Shown here: in pieces, positions 49,755-58,877 of the stretch
Layout of the letters: every line of letters starts with the position of its first letter
How positions within the stretch are numbered: the first letter of the stretch is position 1
Source: an uncultured Acidobacteriota bacterium
Lineage (GTDB): Bacteria; Acidobacteriota; Thermoanaerobaculia; UBA5066; DATFVB01
Direction of reading: 5' to 3'
DNA: 64,000 bases
Assembly: GCA_963813155.1 (NCBI GenBank)
Contig: CAWEYG010000001.1
Coordinates: forward strand, 768,001 to 832,000
The notes under the pieces: generated by a model
Told to the model about the DNA's origin: nothing
Seen by the model: only the letters and a program-made list of their open reading frames with translations
The model's database searches: none
Program-made: the position numbers and the translations under genes

Positions 49755-51388
49755 TCGCGCTTCTTCTCTTCCCCGCCCTGTTGGCCGCCCCGGCGGCTCC
49801 GGCCCAAAAGGCGGCCTGTCCCGTCGTCTTCACCGACGTCGCGCCCTCGGCCGGAATCCGTTTCGTTCACGAGCGCGGCGCGACGGAACAGCGCCGCCTG
49901 CCCGAAACGATGGGCTCGGGCGTCGCGTGGATCGACTACGACAACGACGGGTGGATGGACCTCTTCGTGGCCCAGTCGGGCCGGCTTCCCGAGGGTGATA
50001 CGGGCCGCCTGTACCGCAACAACGGCAACGGGACCTTCACCGACGTCACCGAGAAGGCGGGGATCTCGACGAAGGTGTACGGCATGGGCGCGATCGCCGC
50101 CGATTACGACAACGACGGGTTCACGGACCTTCTCGTCACCGGGTTCGGCCGCAACGTCCTGTACCACAACAACGGCAACGGCACGTTCACCGACGTCACC
50201 GACCGCGCGGGAATTCGCAGCTCGGGCTGGAACACGAGCGCCGCGTGGGCCGACGTGGACGGCGACGGCCGTCTCGACCTGTTCGTCACCCGTTACGTCG
50301 ACTTCCGCCTCGATCACGACTACTTCTGCGGCAACGCGATCACGGGAAAGCGCGAGTACTGCCACCCGGACGTGTTTCCCGGGATGAGCGGAACCCTCTT
50401 CCACAACAACGGCGACGGGACGTTCAAAGACGTGACGAAAGAGGCCGGAGTGGGCGCGATCGGAAAAGGCCTCGGCGTTCTCTTCTTCGATTCCGACGGC
50501 GACGGAAAGCCCGACCTCTACGTCGCGAACGACCAAATGCTGAACTCTCTCTTCCACAACTCCGGCGGAGGAAAATTCGAGGACATCTCGATCCCGTCGG
50601 GCGCGGCCGTCAGCTCGGAGGGCAAGCCGCAGGCGGGCATGGGCGTGGATGCGGCCGACGTGGACGGCGACGGAAGGCCGGACATCGTCGTGACGAACTT
50701 CGACTTCGAGATCAACTCCCTGTACCGCAACCTCGGAGACAACCTCTACGAGGACGCCTCCGTGTCCTCCGGCTTCGGCCCCCCCTCGTTCAATTTTCTC
50801 GCGTTCGGCGTGAACCTGTTCGACGCCGCGAACCTCGGACGGTTCGACGCGTTCGTCGCGAACGGCCACCTCTCCGAGTTCATCACGCGACAGGGCGTCA
50901 CGTACGCGGAGAGGCCGTTCCTGATGTGGAACGACGGGACCGGGCACTTCCACGAACAGGGCTGCGGCGAGCCGTTTTCGCGCCCACTCGTCGGCCGCGG
51001 ATCGGCCGTCGGGGATTTTGACAACGACGGGTTTCTCGACATTGCCGTGTCGAACTCCGGCGGCCCGTTCGAGCTGCTGCACAACGGCGGAAACGGAAAC
51101 GGGTGGGTCGGAGTGAAGCTCGAGGGGACGCGATCGAACCGGGAAGGCATCGGGACAAAGTTGACTCTCGAAACCGACAAGGGAAAGCAGGTGAAAGAAG
51201 TCATGGCCGGTTCGAGCTACCTCTCCTCGAGCGACCCGCGCGTCGTCTTCGGCCTGGGACCGGATGCGAAGTTCAAGAAGCTCGAGATCCGGTGGCCGTC
51301 CGGCACGGTCCAGACCGTCGAGAGCCTTCCGCTGCGCAAGTACACCGTGGTTCGCGAGCCCGCCGCCGCCCCTGCTCCGAAAAAGTAG
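49751..51388 (+). CDS. CRTAC1 / FG-GAP + ASPIC-UnbV protein
   Basis: Close paralog of 39955-41604. Confidence 0.92.
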   Translation: MIALLLFPALLAAPAAPAQKAACPVVFTDVAPSAGIRFVHERGATEQRRLPETMGSGVAWIDYDNDGWMDLFVAQSGRLPEGDTGRLYRNNGNGTFTDVTEKAGISTKVYGMGAIAADYDNDGFTDLLVTGFGRNVLYHNNGNGTFTDVTDRAGIRSSGWNTSAAWADVDGDGRLDLFVTRYVDFRLDHDYFCGNAITGKREYCHPDVFPGMSGTLFHNNGDGTFKDVTKEAGVGAIGKGLGVLFFDSDGDGKPDLYVANDQMLNSLFHNSGGGKFEDISIPSGAAVSSEGKPQAGMGVDAADVDGDGRPDIVVTNFDFEINSLYRNLGDNLYEDASVSSGFGPPSFNFLAFGVNLFDAANLGRFDAFVANGHLSEFITRQGVTYAERPFLMWNDGTGHFHEQGCGEPFSRPLVGRGSAVGDFDNDGFLDIAVSNSGGPFELLHNGGNGNGWVGVKLEGTRSNREGIGTKLTLETDKGKQVKEVMAGSSYLSSSDPRVVFGLGPDAKFKKLEIRWPSGTVQTVESLPLRKYTVVREPAAAPAPKK

Positions 51389-51395
51389 CCGCTCT

Positions 51396-52073
51396 TTACC
51401 CGAGCCCTTCCTCGCGCTCGAAGCTCGAAATGCCGCCGAGAAAGGCTACCGCCCGGCCGAGGCTGCGCCCGGCGATGTCGTCCATCAGCCGTCGAACGAG
51501 CGGCGAGCGCTCCATTCGCTGCGCGAACCGCCGCGACAGCCCGTACAACGCGGCGCTGATCGCCGCGCCCGCCATCAGGTTGACCGCCAGCCAGCCGCCG
51601 GGAAAAAGCGCGTAGCCGTCCACTCCGAGGACGCCCTTCAACGCGACGATCGTCAGGGGAACCCACAGGACGGGCCCGAGCAGAAGCGCCCACTTCGTCG
51701 TCGCGAGCCGGAGCACTCTCACCCTCTCGAGCTTTTTCTGGATCGCGACCACGGGCTGGCCGAAATCGATGTCGTGGAGCGTTCCCAGCTGATATCCGCA
51801 CGACACGACGGAAAGGACTGCGAACACGTCCAGCACGATCGCCGGAACGAGATAACGGGGCTCGGAGGAGTGATTCGAGAGGAAGATCCCGAGCAGGACG
51901 ATCGCGGGAATGCTCGCGAGCTGCTCGAACAGGATGCCGCGGAAAGCCCATTTCAAGCTGGAACCGGCCTTCCTCGTCCGGGAATCGCGAAGAAATTCCG
52001 CATTCAGCCGGATGACTTGATCGAGTTTTCGGTCCTGATTCGCCCAGAGGTTTTTCAATTCGTCGAGCTCCAT
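51396..52073 (-). CDS. Membrane protein, probable anti-sigma factor
   Basis: MELDELKNLW start, about 4 TM segments, directly downstream of ECF sigma. Confidence 0.75.
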   Translation of the reverse strand: MELDELKNLWANQDRKLDQVIRLNAEFLRDSRTRKAGSSLKWAFRGILFEQLASIPAIVLLGIFLSNHSSEPRYLVPAIVLDVFAVLSVVSCGYQLGTLHDIDFGQPVVAIQKKLERVRVLRLATTKWALLLGPVLWVPLTIVALKGVLGVDGYALFPGGWLAVNLMAGAAISAALYGLSRRFAQRMERSPLVRRLMDDIAGRSLGRAVAFLGGISSFEREEGLG

Positions 52074-52104
52074 GGTCTCTTCTCCTTTTCTCAATCGCGC
52101 TTTT

Positions 52105-52632
52105 TCAATCGCGCTTTCGGCGATCGAAATGTTTCCGCAACCGCTGCTTGATCCGGCCGATTCTCGTTCCAACGTTCGTCGCGGAGATCCCGAGGATCTC
52201 GGCGATCGTCTCGTGGCTGTTGCCGTCCAGATACAGGATGACGAGCGCCCGGCTCAGCTCGTCGAGCTCGTCCTGGATGAAAAGATCGAGCCTTCGCGCC
52301 GCGTCGGAAGTCTCGGCCGGAGGCCCGTCGGTCGCGGCGATCTCGAAAGTCAATTCGTCGACCGGTTCCGTTCCGCGCAAGCGGCGGCCTTCGCTCCGCG
52401 AAAACGAGATCGCGACATTCATCGCGATCCGGTACATCCACGTCGAGAAGCGACAGCGGCCGTCGAACCGCCCGAAGGAGCGCCAGAGCTGGAGGACGAT
52501 TTCCTGGGCCAGATCGGCGCGATCGGCAGGATTCCGGGTGTACGAGCCCGCGACCTTGAACAGGATCCTCCGGTGCTCCTCGAGGAGAGCGAGAAACCGA
52601 TCCTGGTCGGCAATCGCGGCCATTTCAGTCAT
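52105..52632 (-). CDS. ECF RNA polymerase sigma-70 factor
   Basis: DLAQE..LW, FSTWMYRIAMN, region 4 IAEILGIS. Confidence 0.93.
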   Translation of the reverse strand: MTEMAAIADQDRFLALLEEHRRILFKVAGSYTRNPADRADLAQEIVLQLWRSFGRFDGRCRFSTWMYRIAMNVAISFSRSEGRRLRGTEPVDELTFEIAATDGPPAETSDAARRLDLFIQDELDELSRALVILYLDGNSHETIAEILGISATNVGTRIGRIKQRLRKHFDRRKRD

Positions 52633-52787
52633 CGATACGTTATTCGCGCAAGGGCGGGAAAAATCACAAAGAATCTTCGCCGGGCGGAAGCGAAACGCCG
52701 GAGGGGCTGGGGAGGCCCTCTCCCCTGGTCGCGCCATGCTTGACCGGCGCGCGGGCATCCTGAATAATCAGCGCTCTTTGCCCGCGT

Positions 52788-52861
52788 TGGGAGGTCGTCC
52801 AACGGTAGGACACGTGGCTCTGGACCACGTTATCGGGGTTCGAATCCCTGCCTCCCAGCCA
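52788..52861 (+). tRNA. tRNA-Gln(CTG)
   Basis: TGGGAGG/CCTCCCA acceptor, CGTGG-CTCTGGA-CCACG anticodon arm, TTCGAAT, CCA. Confidence 0.97.
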
Positions 52862-52926
52862 ATTTTCGCAAGCCCTTCAAGCTCGTCCTGCGGCGCTTCG
52901 CGCGTCGCCGCGGAGCGGCACACCCT

Positions 52927-53937
52927 TCAAGGCAGGGTCCGGGTCACGCCGAGCGAGAGCGTGAGCCCCTGGTGAAAGGTCTGGCCCGAGCTTCCGTGGG
53001 CGAAGATCTCCCGGTAGAGCCCGGCCGAGATCGTCGTTTTCGGCGACGCCCGGAACGTGCCGCGCAGCACCGTGCCGCCGCTCGTGAACCCCGTTCCTTC
53101 GTCCTCGAGCCCATGCCATTTTCCGACGCTCTGGTACTGACCGGAGAATTGGAGCGAGACCGAGAATGCGCCCATCGGCATTGCCGGACCTACGCCCCAT
53201 TGAATGTTGACCGGCGGCTTATAACCGCCGCTGCTCTCGTACACCGGCAGCCGCGCATCGACCGCCTCTCCGAGCAGGACGTTTCCCACGCGCTCGAAGG
53301 CGCTCACGACGAGTCTCGGGTCAAACGTTCCGCTGCCGAACTGCAAGTGCTCGTGCTTTTTCCCTTCGAGACCGAGTCGCACGGGATCGGGCACGGTCTT
53401 TCCGATCGGAAGCGTCGTCCCGGCCGCGAGCGTGACTCCCCACGAAGTCCCGGAGAGAAACGCGGGCGCCTTCCAGTACAGCAGCTCGCCGTCGCTCACG
53501 CCCCAGAGAGTCTCGGTGCGGTGATGGATGTCGCCATAGGGGGGAACGTACGGCTGCCCGTCGAGCGTCTCGTAGTGAACGTGCTGGTCCTTGACGTCGT
53601 AAGGGATGCGCAGGGAGAGTTGAGAATTCGCGCCGAGCCCGTACGCCGCGAAAAGATCCGCGTGGTAGAGATCCAGCGCGATGACGTGGCGGTGCGGCGG
53701 GATCGTCATCGTTGCGCACTCGACGGGAGCGACATCGGGACACGTCGCGACGTGACTCGTATCGAATCGCCCCTCGGCGAGACTAAGCGTAACCGTCCAC
53801 CCGCCGGGTGGCGTGATCTGCTGGCCGACCTCTCGCCCGGAGAGGTTAGGGTTCGCTCAGGCCGGTCAACCGCCGGCCGCAGGAACTGCCTGAATCAGCG
53901 TGAGCATCAAAGCGGCGAGGAATCCGCGCCGGATCAT
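52927..53937 (-). CDS. Putative double-selenocysteine (UxxU) outer-membrane beta-barrel-like protein, 336 aa with readthrough
   Basis: ATG 53937, signal peptide, GG-TGA-CCG-GCC-TGA, then open in the same frame into ORF 53709..52927; SECIS-like hairpin follows. Confidence 0.75.
53828..53846 (-). promoter_or_regulatory. Candidate bacterial SECIS hairpin
   Basis: ACCUCUC-CGGGC-GAGAGGU; stem begins after a 10-nt spacer from the second UGA; G-rich apical loop. Confidence 0.65.
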
Positions 53938-54599
53938 CGGGACGCCGCCTTCGCCTTTTCGATCAAGGCAAGGATCTCGTCCCACATGCCGCCGCTGCCG
54001 GCGAGTTTTCCCGCGCCGCCGTAGACACGAACGTACGGGAGGCTCGCAGCTCCCTGCCGCGTGATTTGACGGGCGGCCGCGTTGTCCCACTTCCCGATGT
54101 CCACGCGACGCAGCGCGATTTCGGGATGCAGCACCATGTAGTGCTCCAGCCGGAGCTCCAGCGTTTTGCAGGGGCCGCACCAGTCGGCGTAGTAGTCGAC
54201 GAGCGTTGTCTTGCCGGCGGCCGAAAGCCCCTTTTCGTCGACCGGGCTTTTCCCGTCGAATCGGCGGAGATCGAGCTTCGCGAGCTCCTCCGGCGGAAGC
54301 GGCTCGAATCCTCGGGCGGCCTCGCCGGGAAAGACCGCGACGAACCCGAGGTTGTCGAGCGCTGCCTTGAGCCTGTCCTTGTCGAACCCGGGCGGGACGT
54401 CGACCTCGGCGGCTTCCTTTTTCCAGTCCACGCGGGCTTTCTCGACCCCGGGCGTCGATGTCAGCGCTTTCTGTATCGGAGCCGCGCAGAGCTCGCATTC
54501 GATCCCGATGACGTGAAATCGGAATGTCTCCGCTCCCGACGGCGATGCCGAGAGAACGGTGAACAAAGAGACGATGAGGGATAAACGAGTTGCCTTCAT
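53934..54599 (-). CDS. Exported HMA (heavy-metal-associated) + thioredoxin fusion protein
   Basis: Signal peptide; GIECELC HMA motif; YADWCGPCK thioredoxin motif. Confidence 0.9.
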   Translation of the reverse strand: MKATRLSLIVSLFTVLSASPSGAETFRFHVIGIECELCAAPIQKALTSTPGVEKARVDWKKEAAEVDVPPGFDKDRLKAALDNLGFVAVFPGEAARGFEPLPPEELAKLDLRRFDGKSPVDEKGLSAAGKTTLVDYYADWCGPCKTLELRLEHYMVLHPEIALRRVDIGKWDNAAARQITRQGAASLPYVRVYGGAGKLAGSGGMWDEILALIEKAKAASR

Positions 54600-54662
54600 G
54601 GAAAACCTCCTTCCGAAAGTACGAGAGGAAGAACTGCGCGGACAGGCGCCCGCGCGGCGCGC

Positions 54663-55019
54663 TCAGACGCGCAGCGTGGAAAGGAGGATCGAAAGGCTCC
54701 GCGTGGCTTCGGGAGGACCGTGGAGGGAGGCGACGTCGGTGACAAAGCGACTCGCCGGGAGAGACGTCGAAGGCCAGGAGAACGTCGGAACCGGTCCGAC
54801 CAACAGCGAAGGCGGCGTTACTCCCGCCGATCTCGAGGAGAGGACGATCGGGGCCGCACCCTTCTTTTCGCCCCGGCAGCAGTCCGGCATCGGACAGCAA
54901 TCCGGCGACGAGGCAGCTGTTTCAAGGCTTGCGAGCGAGCAGCAGGGATGGCGCAGAGGCATCCCGAGTCCGGAAAGCAACCCGAACGAAACGAGGAGGA
55001 CCACGACGCGCTTCCCCAC
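54663..55019 (-). CDS. Small Cys-rich exported/membrane protein
   Basis: Hydrophobic N-terminus, HPCC, DCCPMPDCC, HGPP..LLSTLRV tail. Confidence 0.65.
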   Translation of the reverse strand: MGKRVVVLLVSFGLLSGLGMPLRHPCCSLASLETAASSPDCCPMPDCCRGEKKGAAPIVLSSRSAGVTPPSLLVGPVPTFSWPSTSLPASRFVTDVASLHGPPEATRSLSILLSTLRV

Positions 55020-55043
55020 GCTCTCGATGGTACACCTCCTGGC

Positions 55044-56232
55044 CTACCGCTCCACTTCGAGCGCGAGCGCCGTCCAGTCGTCGCCCAGATCCGAACTCGT
55101 CGCGTTCCGGACGGCCGCGAACAGCGAGTCGAGAAGCTCGCCGGTGGAAGCCGCCGCGCGCGGAATGAGGGATTGCAGCGCCTCGTAGCCGAGCGGATCT
55201 CCCGCCGCCGTCGAGGCCTCCGGCAGGCCGTCCGTGAACATCAGGAGACGCTCGCCCGCGCCCAAAGTCGATCGACAGCGATTCGTACGCGACCTCGCCG
55301 CGGGCGCCGAGCGGCAGCCGGGGCCCGGGACCGAGGGCCTCCGCGTCCTGCCCGCGGACGAGACGGTACGGGTCGGGTATGCCGGCATTGGAGAGCTCGA
55401 GAGTCCGAGACGCCGGGTCGTACCGCGCGTACGCGAGCGCGACGAATTCGCGCGCGCCGAGCTCCGCGTGGAGCTTGCGGTTCAGTTGCGCGAGGGTTTC
55501 CGCCGTCCCGCGCCCTTCGGCGATCAGCGGCAGGACCGCCTTCACGGAGGCCATGATCAGGCTCGCGCCCATTCCCTTCCCCGAGACGTCCGCCACGACG
55601 ATCCCGAGCGCGCCGTCGGAGAGGCGGAAGACGTCGTAGAAATCGCCCGCGACGAAACGCGCCGCGAGATTGCGCGCCGAGATCCGGTAGCCGTCGCCCG
55701 AGAGCTCCGGCGGCGGCAGCAGCCGGCTCTGGATCTCGCGAGCGACGGCCAGCTCTTTTTCCGCGAACTCCTGCTCCTTGATGCGGATGATCGATTCGCG
55801 CAGCCGCGTGCGCATCACGCCGAACGTGTAGAACAGCAGGCCTCCCGCGACCGCGACCCCGCCGCTGATGAAAAGCGAGACACGCAGGTCGCTCCCGTCC
55901 ATCTGGAACGGCATCAGCCCGAGCACCCGGAGGAGCAGCGTCGCCGCGAGGATGCCCAGGATGCCGCCGGCGAAGTAGATCGGCACGCCAACGAGCCTGT
56001 CCGGAAAGATCTTGCGCCGGCGGATCGGGTCGCCGACGGCATTGTCGAGCCCGTAGCAGAACACGTAGATCACGGCGCCCACGACCGCGCCGTACAACAC
56101 GAGGCGTCCGCCCCAGAAATCCCGCCGGTTGATCGTCGTCAGGAAGACGACCCCGACGCCGGCGAACGCCGAAACCGCGATCGAGCGCAGGGTCGCGGCG
56201 AAATGGTCGCGTCGGTCGGCCGGGGTGTTCAC
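55044..56232 (-). CDS. Membrane-bound PP2C/SpoIIE (RsbU-like) phosphatase, frameshift near 55265
   Basis: N-terminal TMs; AREIQ, AGDFYD, ADVSGKG, NAG; FTDG and DD.T in second frame. Confidence 0.88.
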
Positions 56233-56315
56233 GATGACCTATCGTACGTGTTGCAGGGGCGGGAGTTTCGAGCCGGGGTAACGTCCGCGGCGGCTCGCAC
56301 GGCTAAACGGATGGC

Positions 56316-56425
56316 GCGGGTCCTGTCACGGGATTCGACCCGGCTTTTCCGCTCGCCGCGAGCCTGAGGACTTTGCTATACCCGCGTCGCGAGCGGCAAA
56401 AGGGGTCTCGCCCCGGGCCACCCGC
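56316..56425 (+). repeat. Interspersed palindromic element, copy 2
   Basis: Matches 1368-1470 and the reverse complement of 60137-60245. Confidence 0.85.
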
Positions 56426-56660
56426 GCCGGCGCCAATCCCTGAGCGAGATTCGCGAGGGTCGGGGCTTAATGGGGTCGCGAGCAACCCTTCGAGGCGCGG
56501 GCGTCGTTGTCTGAGCGACCGGATATGGCCGAGCCGCAGTCGGGAACCGCGGATGGCGAGGCCATCAAAATGCTGCGAGTTTCGCGCCCGCAACGAGAAG
56601 GCGTTGCGAGCGAACCCGAGGGGCTAAAACCCGAGCGGAGACAGAGCGAATCCCTCCGCA

Positions 56661-57551
56661 TTAATTCCTCAGAAGGCGGCCGATTCGGAATTCGGATGAC
56701 AAAAATGCCGCCGCCTGCCGGGTGAAGGACTCCGGATACTGGAAGAGCGAGCCGTGCCCGGCATCCGGGTAGATCAGCAGGACAGCGTTGGCCAGTTGCT
56801 CGACCAATCGATAGGAGTTCGTCACCGGAATCATCTCGTCGAGCACACCGTTCACGACGAGGGTGGGCTGGCGAATGGCCCGGAGCTCTGCGAATCGCTC
56901 GCCGCTGAAGCGTTCCCATTCTCGGAAGGCCGCGATCTGAGCGCTCGCCACATTCGGTCCCGACGGCGGATCAAGGTCCGCCCTCCGCGCCGCGAGGCGC
57001 GGAACGAAGGCCTCGGCGGCGGCCTGGCTCATCGGCGACGACGTGAAAAAGATCTTCTTCAAGACGTCATAGCCGCGATTGGTCGGATCCTGAAGGTGCC
57101 TGGCCAGGCTCGGTTTCTCGAGGTGCATGATGTCCTCGCCGCCACGAGGGGCGGTCCCGACGAGAATCATCCGCCGAAAAATCGACGGGCGATCCTGGAC
57201 CATCTGCAACGCGACCATCCCGCCGAGGGAGTACCCGACGACGTCGCACGTCGCGATCCCAAGGCCGTCGAGAAAGGCCATCGCGTGCCGGGCCATGGCA
57301 GCGATCGTGTCGGGCACCTCGCCGGTGGAACGCCCGACGCCCGCGTTGTCGAAGAGGATGACCTCGCGGCCCGCCGCGAGAGGATCTGTGACGGCGGGGT
57401 CCCAGTTGTCGAGCGTCCCGGTGAAATGCTGCAGGAAGAGGAGCGGCAGCCCGGGACCGCCGCCAAACCGTCTGTACGCATACGACAGGCCGTTGGTCTG
57501 AACGAATTGCGTGGGAGCGGTCGTGTTGCCCGGGGTCTTGCCTGGCGCCAT
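56661..57551 (-). CDS. Alpha/beta hydrolase
   Basis: QHF, DNAGVGRS, GYSLGG, D..IP, DAGH. Confidence 0.92.
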   Translation of the reverse strand: MAPGKTPGNTTAPTQFVQTNGLSYAYRRFGGGPGLPLLFLQHFTGTLDNWDPAVTDPLAAGREVILFDNAGVGRSTGEVPDTIAAMARHAMAFLDGLGIATCDVVGYSLGGMVALQMVQDRPSIFRRMILVGTAPRGGEDIMHLEKPSLARHLQDPTNRGYDVLKKIFFTSSPMSQAAAEAFVPRLAARRADLDPPSGPNVASAQIAAFREWERFSGERFAELRAIRQPTLVVNGVLDEMIPVTNSYRLVEQLANAVLLIYPDAGHGSLFQYPESFTRQAAAFLSSEFRIGRLLRN

Positions 57552-57577
57552 GTGATCTTCTCCCGTGCGCTCTGCCG

Positions 57578-57952
57578 TCAGGCAGGCGAAAACATCGGAT
57601 TGCCGCTCGCGGTTGCGGAAGCCGGCACTTCCTCCTGCAGAACGTCCCAGTGCTCGGTGACCTTGCCGTCCTTCACCCGGAAGATGTCGACGGCGACCAT
57701 CGGTTTCGGCCCCCAGCCGACATAGCGTCCGTGAACCATCACGAGGTCGCCTTCGGCGACAACCATGCCGGCCTCGTAGGAGAGGTCCTTGCTCAAAGTC
57801 GGGATGAGATTTGCGATCGTCTTCGATCCGCTCGGGAAGACGGGATTGTGCTGAACATAGTCAGGCGAAAAGTACCGATCGACGATCGTCGCGTCGCGCT
57901 CGACGAACGCCCCCTTGAGGACCTTCAGCACGATTTGTTTGTTGCTCTCCAT
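57578..57952 (-). CDS. SnoaL-like/NTF2 family protein
   Basis: YVQHNP, AEGDLVMVH, VDIFR, EHWDVLQ. Confidence 0.9.
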   Translation of the reverse strand: MESNKQIVLKVLKGAFVERDATIVDRYFSPDYVQHNPVFPSGSKTIANLIPTLSKDLSYEAGMVVAEGDLVMVHGRYVGWGPKPMVAVDIFRVKDGKVTEHWDVLQEEVPASATASGNPMFSPA

Positions 57953-57969
57953 ATCTACCTCCTCCATCC

Positions 57970-58797
57970 TTACCGATCCTCGGAGCTCCCGGCCTGGACT
58001 TGCTGCATCGCGCCCGCCCAGTTCTCCACATGGTACGCGGACGCGAGCTTGTCGCCCCGGACAGTGAACACGTCGACCGCGATCGTCTTGAAGCTCCTGC
58101 CGGTCGGGGGCGCGCCGAAGAACTCCTTCGCCGGAGTTCCGGTCGCCTCGCCGCGGACGATGACGCGATCCCCCGACACCAGGAGATCCAGGACCTTCCA
58201 GGCCAGGTCCGGGACGCTCGAGCCAATTTCCTTGAACACATCCGCGAGGGCATCGCGCGAAAGCCACTCCTCGTTCGTGGAATACGACTGGTAGTCGGCG
58301 TGACAAGCCTGCGCGAGCAGCGCGCGAACGTCCTTCGTCTGGGGCTGGTTCAAGGCTTCGTAGAGCGGCGCGACGATCTGCCGCGCCCGATCCGCGGTGA
58401 GCACCGGCGGGGCCTCCGGGAAGTCGTCCCCGAACATCGGGAGGCCGCTCCTGGACTCCTCTCGCGTCGCTTCGTCCTGAATCGTGTCCCAGTGTTCGAC
58501 GATGAGGCCGTTGGCGATTCGGATGACGTCCCCGACGACCCACGACCGGGGCAAGCCGTTGTCGGTGAACCGGCCGTGCAACAAAACGTGGTCGCCGTCG
58601 GCCGCCGCAACGTGGTTCTCGTACCGCAGGCCCGGCGGAGCGGATCGGACGAGGTCGAACAGCCCGTCTCTTCCCGGCGGGATGTGGGCGCTGTGCTGGA
58701 CGTAGTCGGGGGACCAGAGCTTCGAGGCGGTTTCGTAGTCGCGCTTGTTGAACAGAGTGTCGAATGCCTCGAGAACGAACGATCGATGGTCGGCCAT
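57970..58797 (-). CDS. Tandem SnoaL-like / ester cyclase fusion protein
   Basis: Domain 1 YVQHS..EHWDTIQ; domain 2 VPDL.W..GDRVIVRG..PTG..HVENW. Confidence 0.88.
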   Translation of the reverse strand: MADHRSFVLEAFDTLFNKRDYETASKLWSPDYVQHSAHIPPGRDGLFDLVRSAPPGLRYENHVAAADGDHVLLHGRFTDNGLPRSWVVGDVIRIANGLIVEHWDTIQDEATREESRSGLPMFGDDFPEAPPVLTADRARQIVAPLYEALNQPQTKDVRALLAQACHADYQSYSTNEEWLSRDALADVFKEIGSSVPDLAWKVLDLLVSGDRVIVRGEATGTPAKEFFGAPPTGRSFKTIAVDVFTVRGDKLASAYHVENWAGAMQQVQAGSSEDR

Positions 58798-58877
58798 ATC
58801 TCCCTGCCTTTCGATCGTTGAATATGTACGAACGTATTGCTTTCTGTCAAGCCCCGAATCGAGCGGCCGGTCCGAGC

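Noticed and set aside
39955-51388. Repeated aacaacgg(c/g)aacgg and gactacgacaacgacgg motifs as a CRISPR or DNA repeat array
   Set aside because: They are in-frame FG-GAP protein repeats, with no constant repeat-spacer period and no cas genes.
52927-53709. Taking the 260-aa ORF from ATG 53709 as the whole gene
   Set aside because: It lacks an SD and signal peptide, and would leave an orphan coupled signal-peptide mini-ORF in the same frame upstream.
53857-53868. Genome-wide UGA reassignment (code 4 or 25) as the explanation for the two TGAs
   Set aside because: TGA is the normal stop for many genes here, often in ATGA/GTGA overlaps. Only site-specific recoding or pseudogenisation fits.
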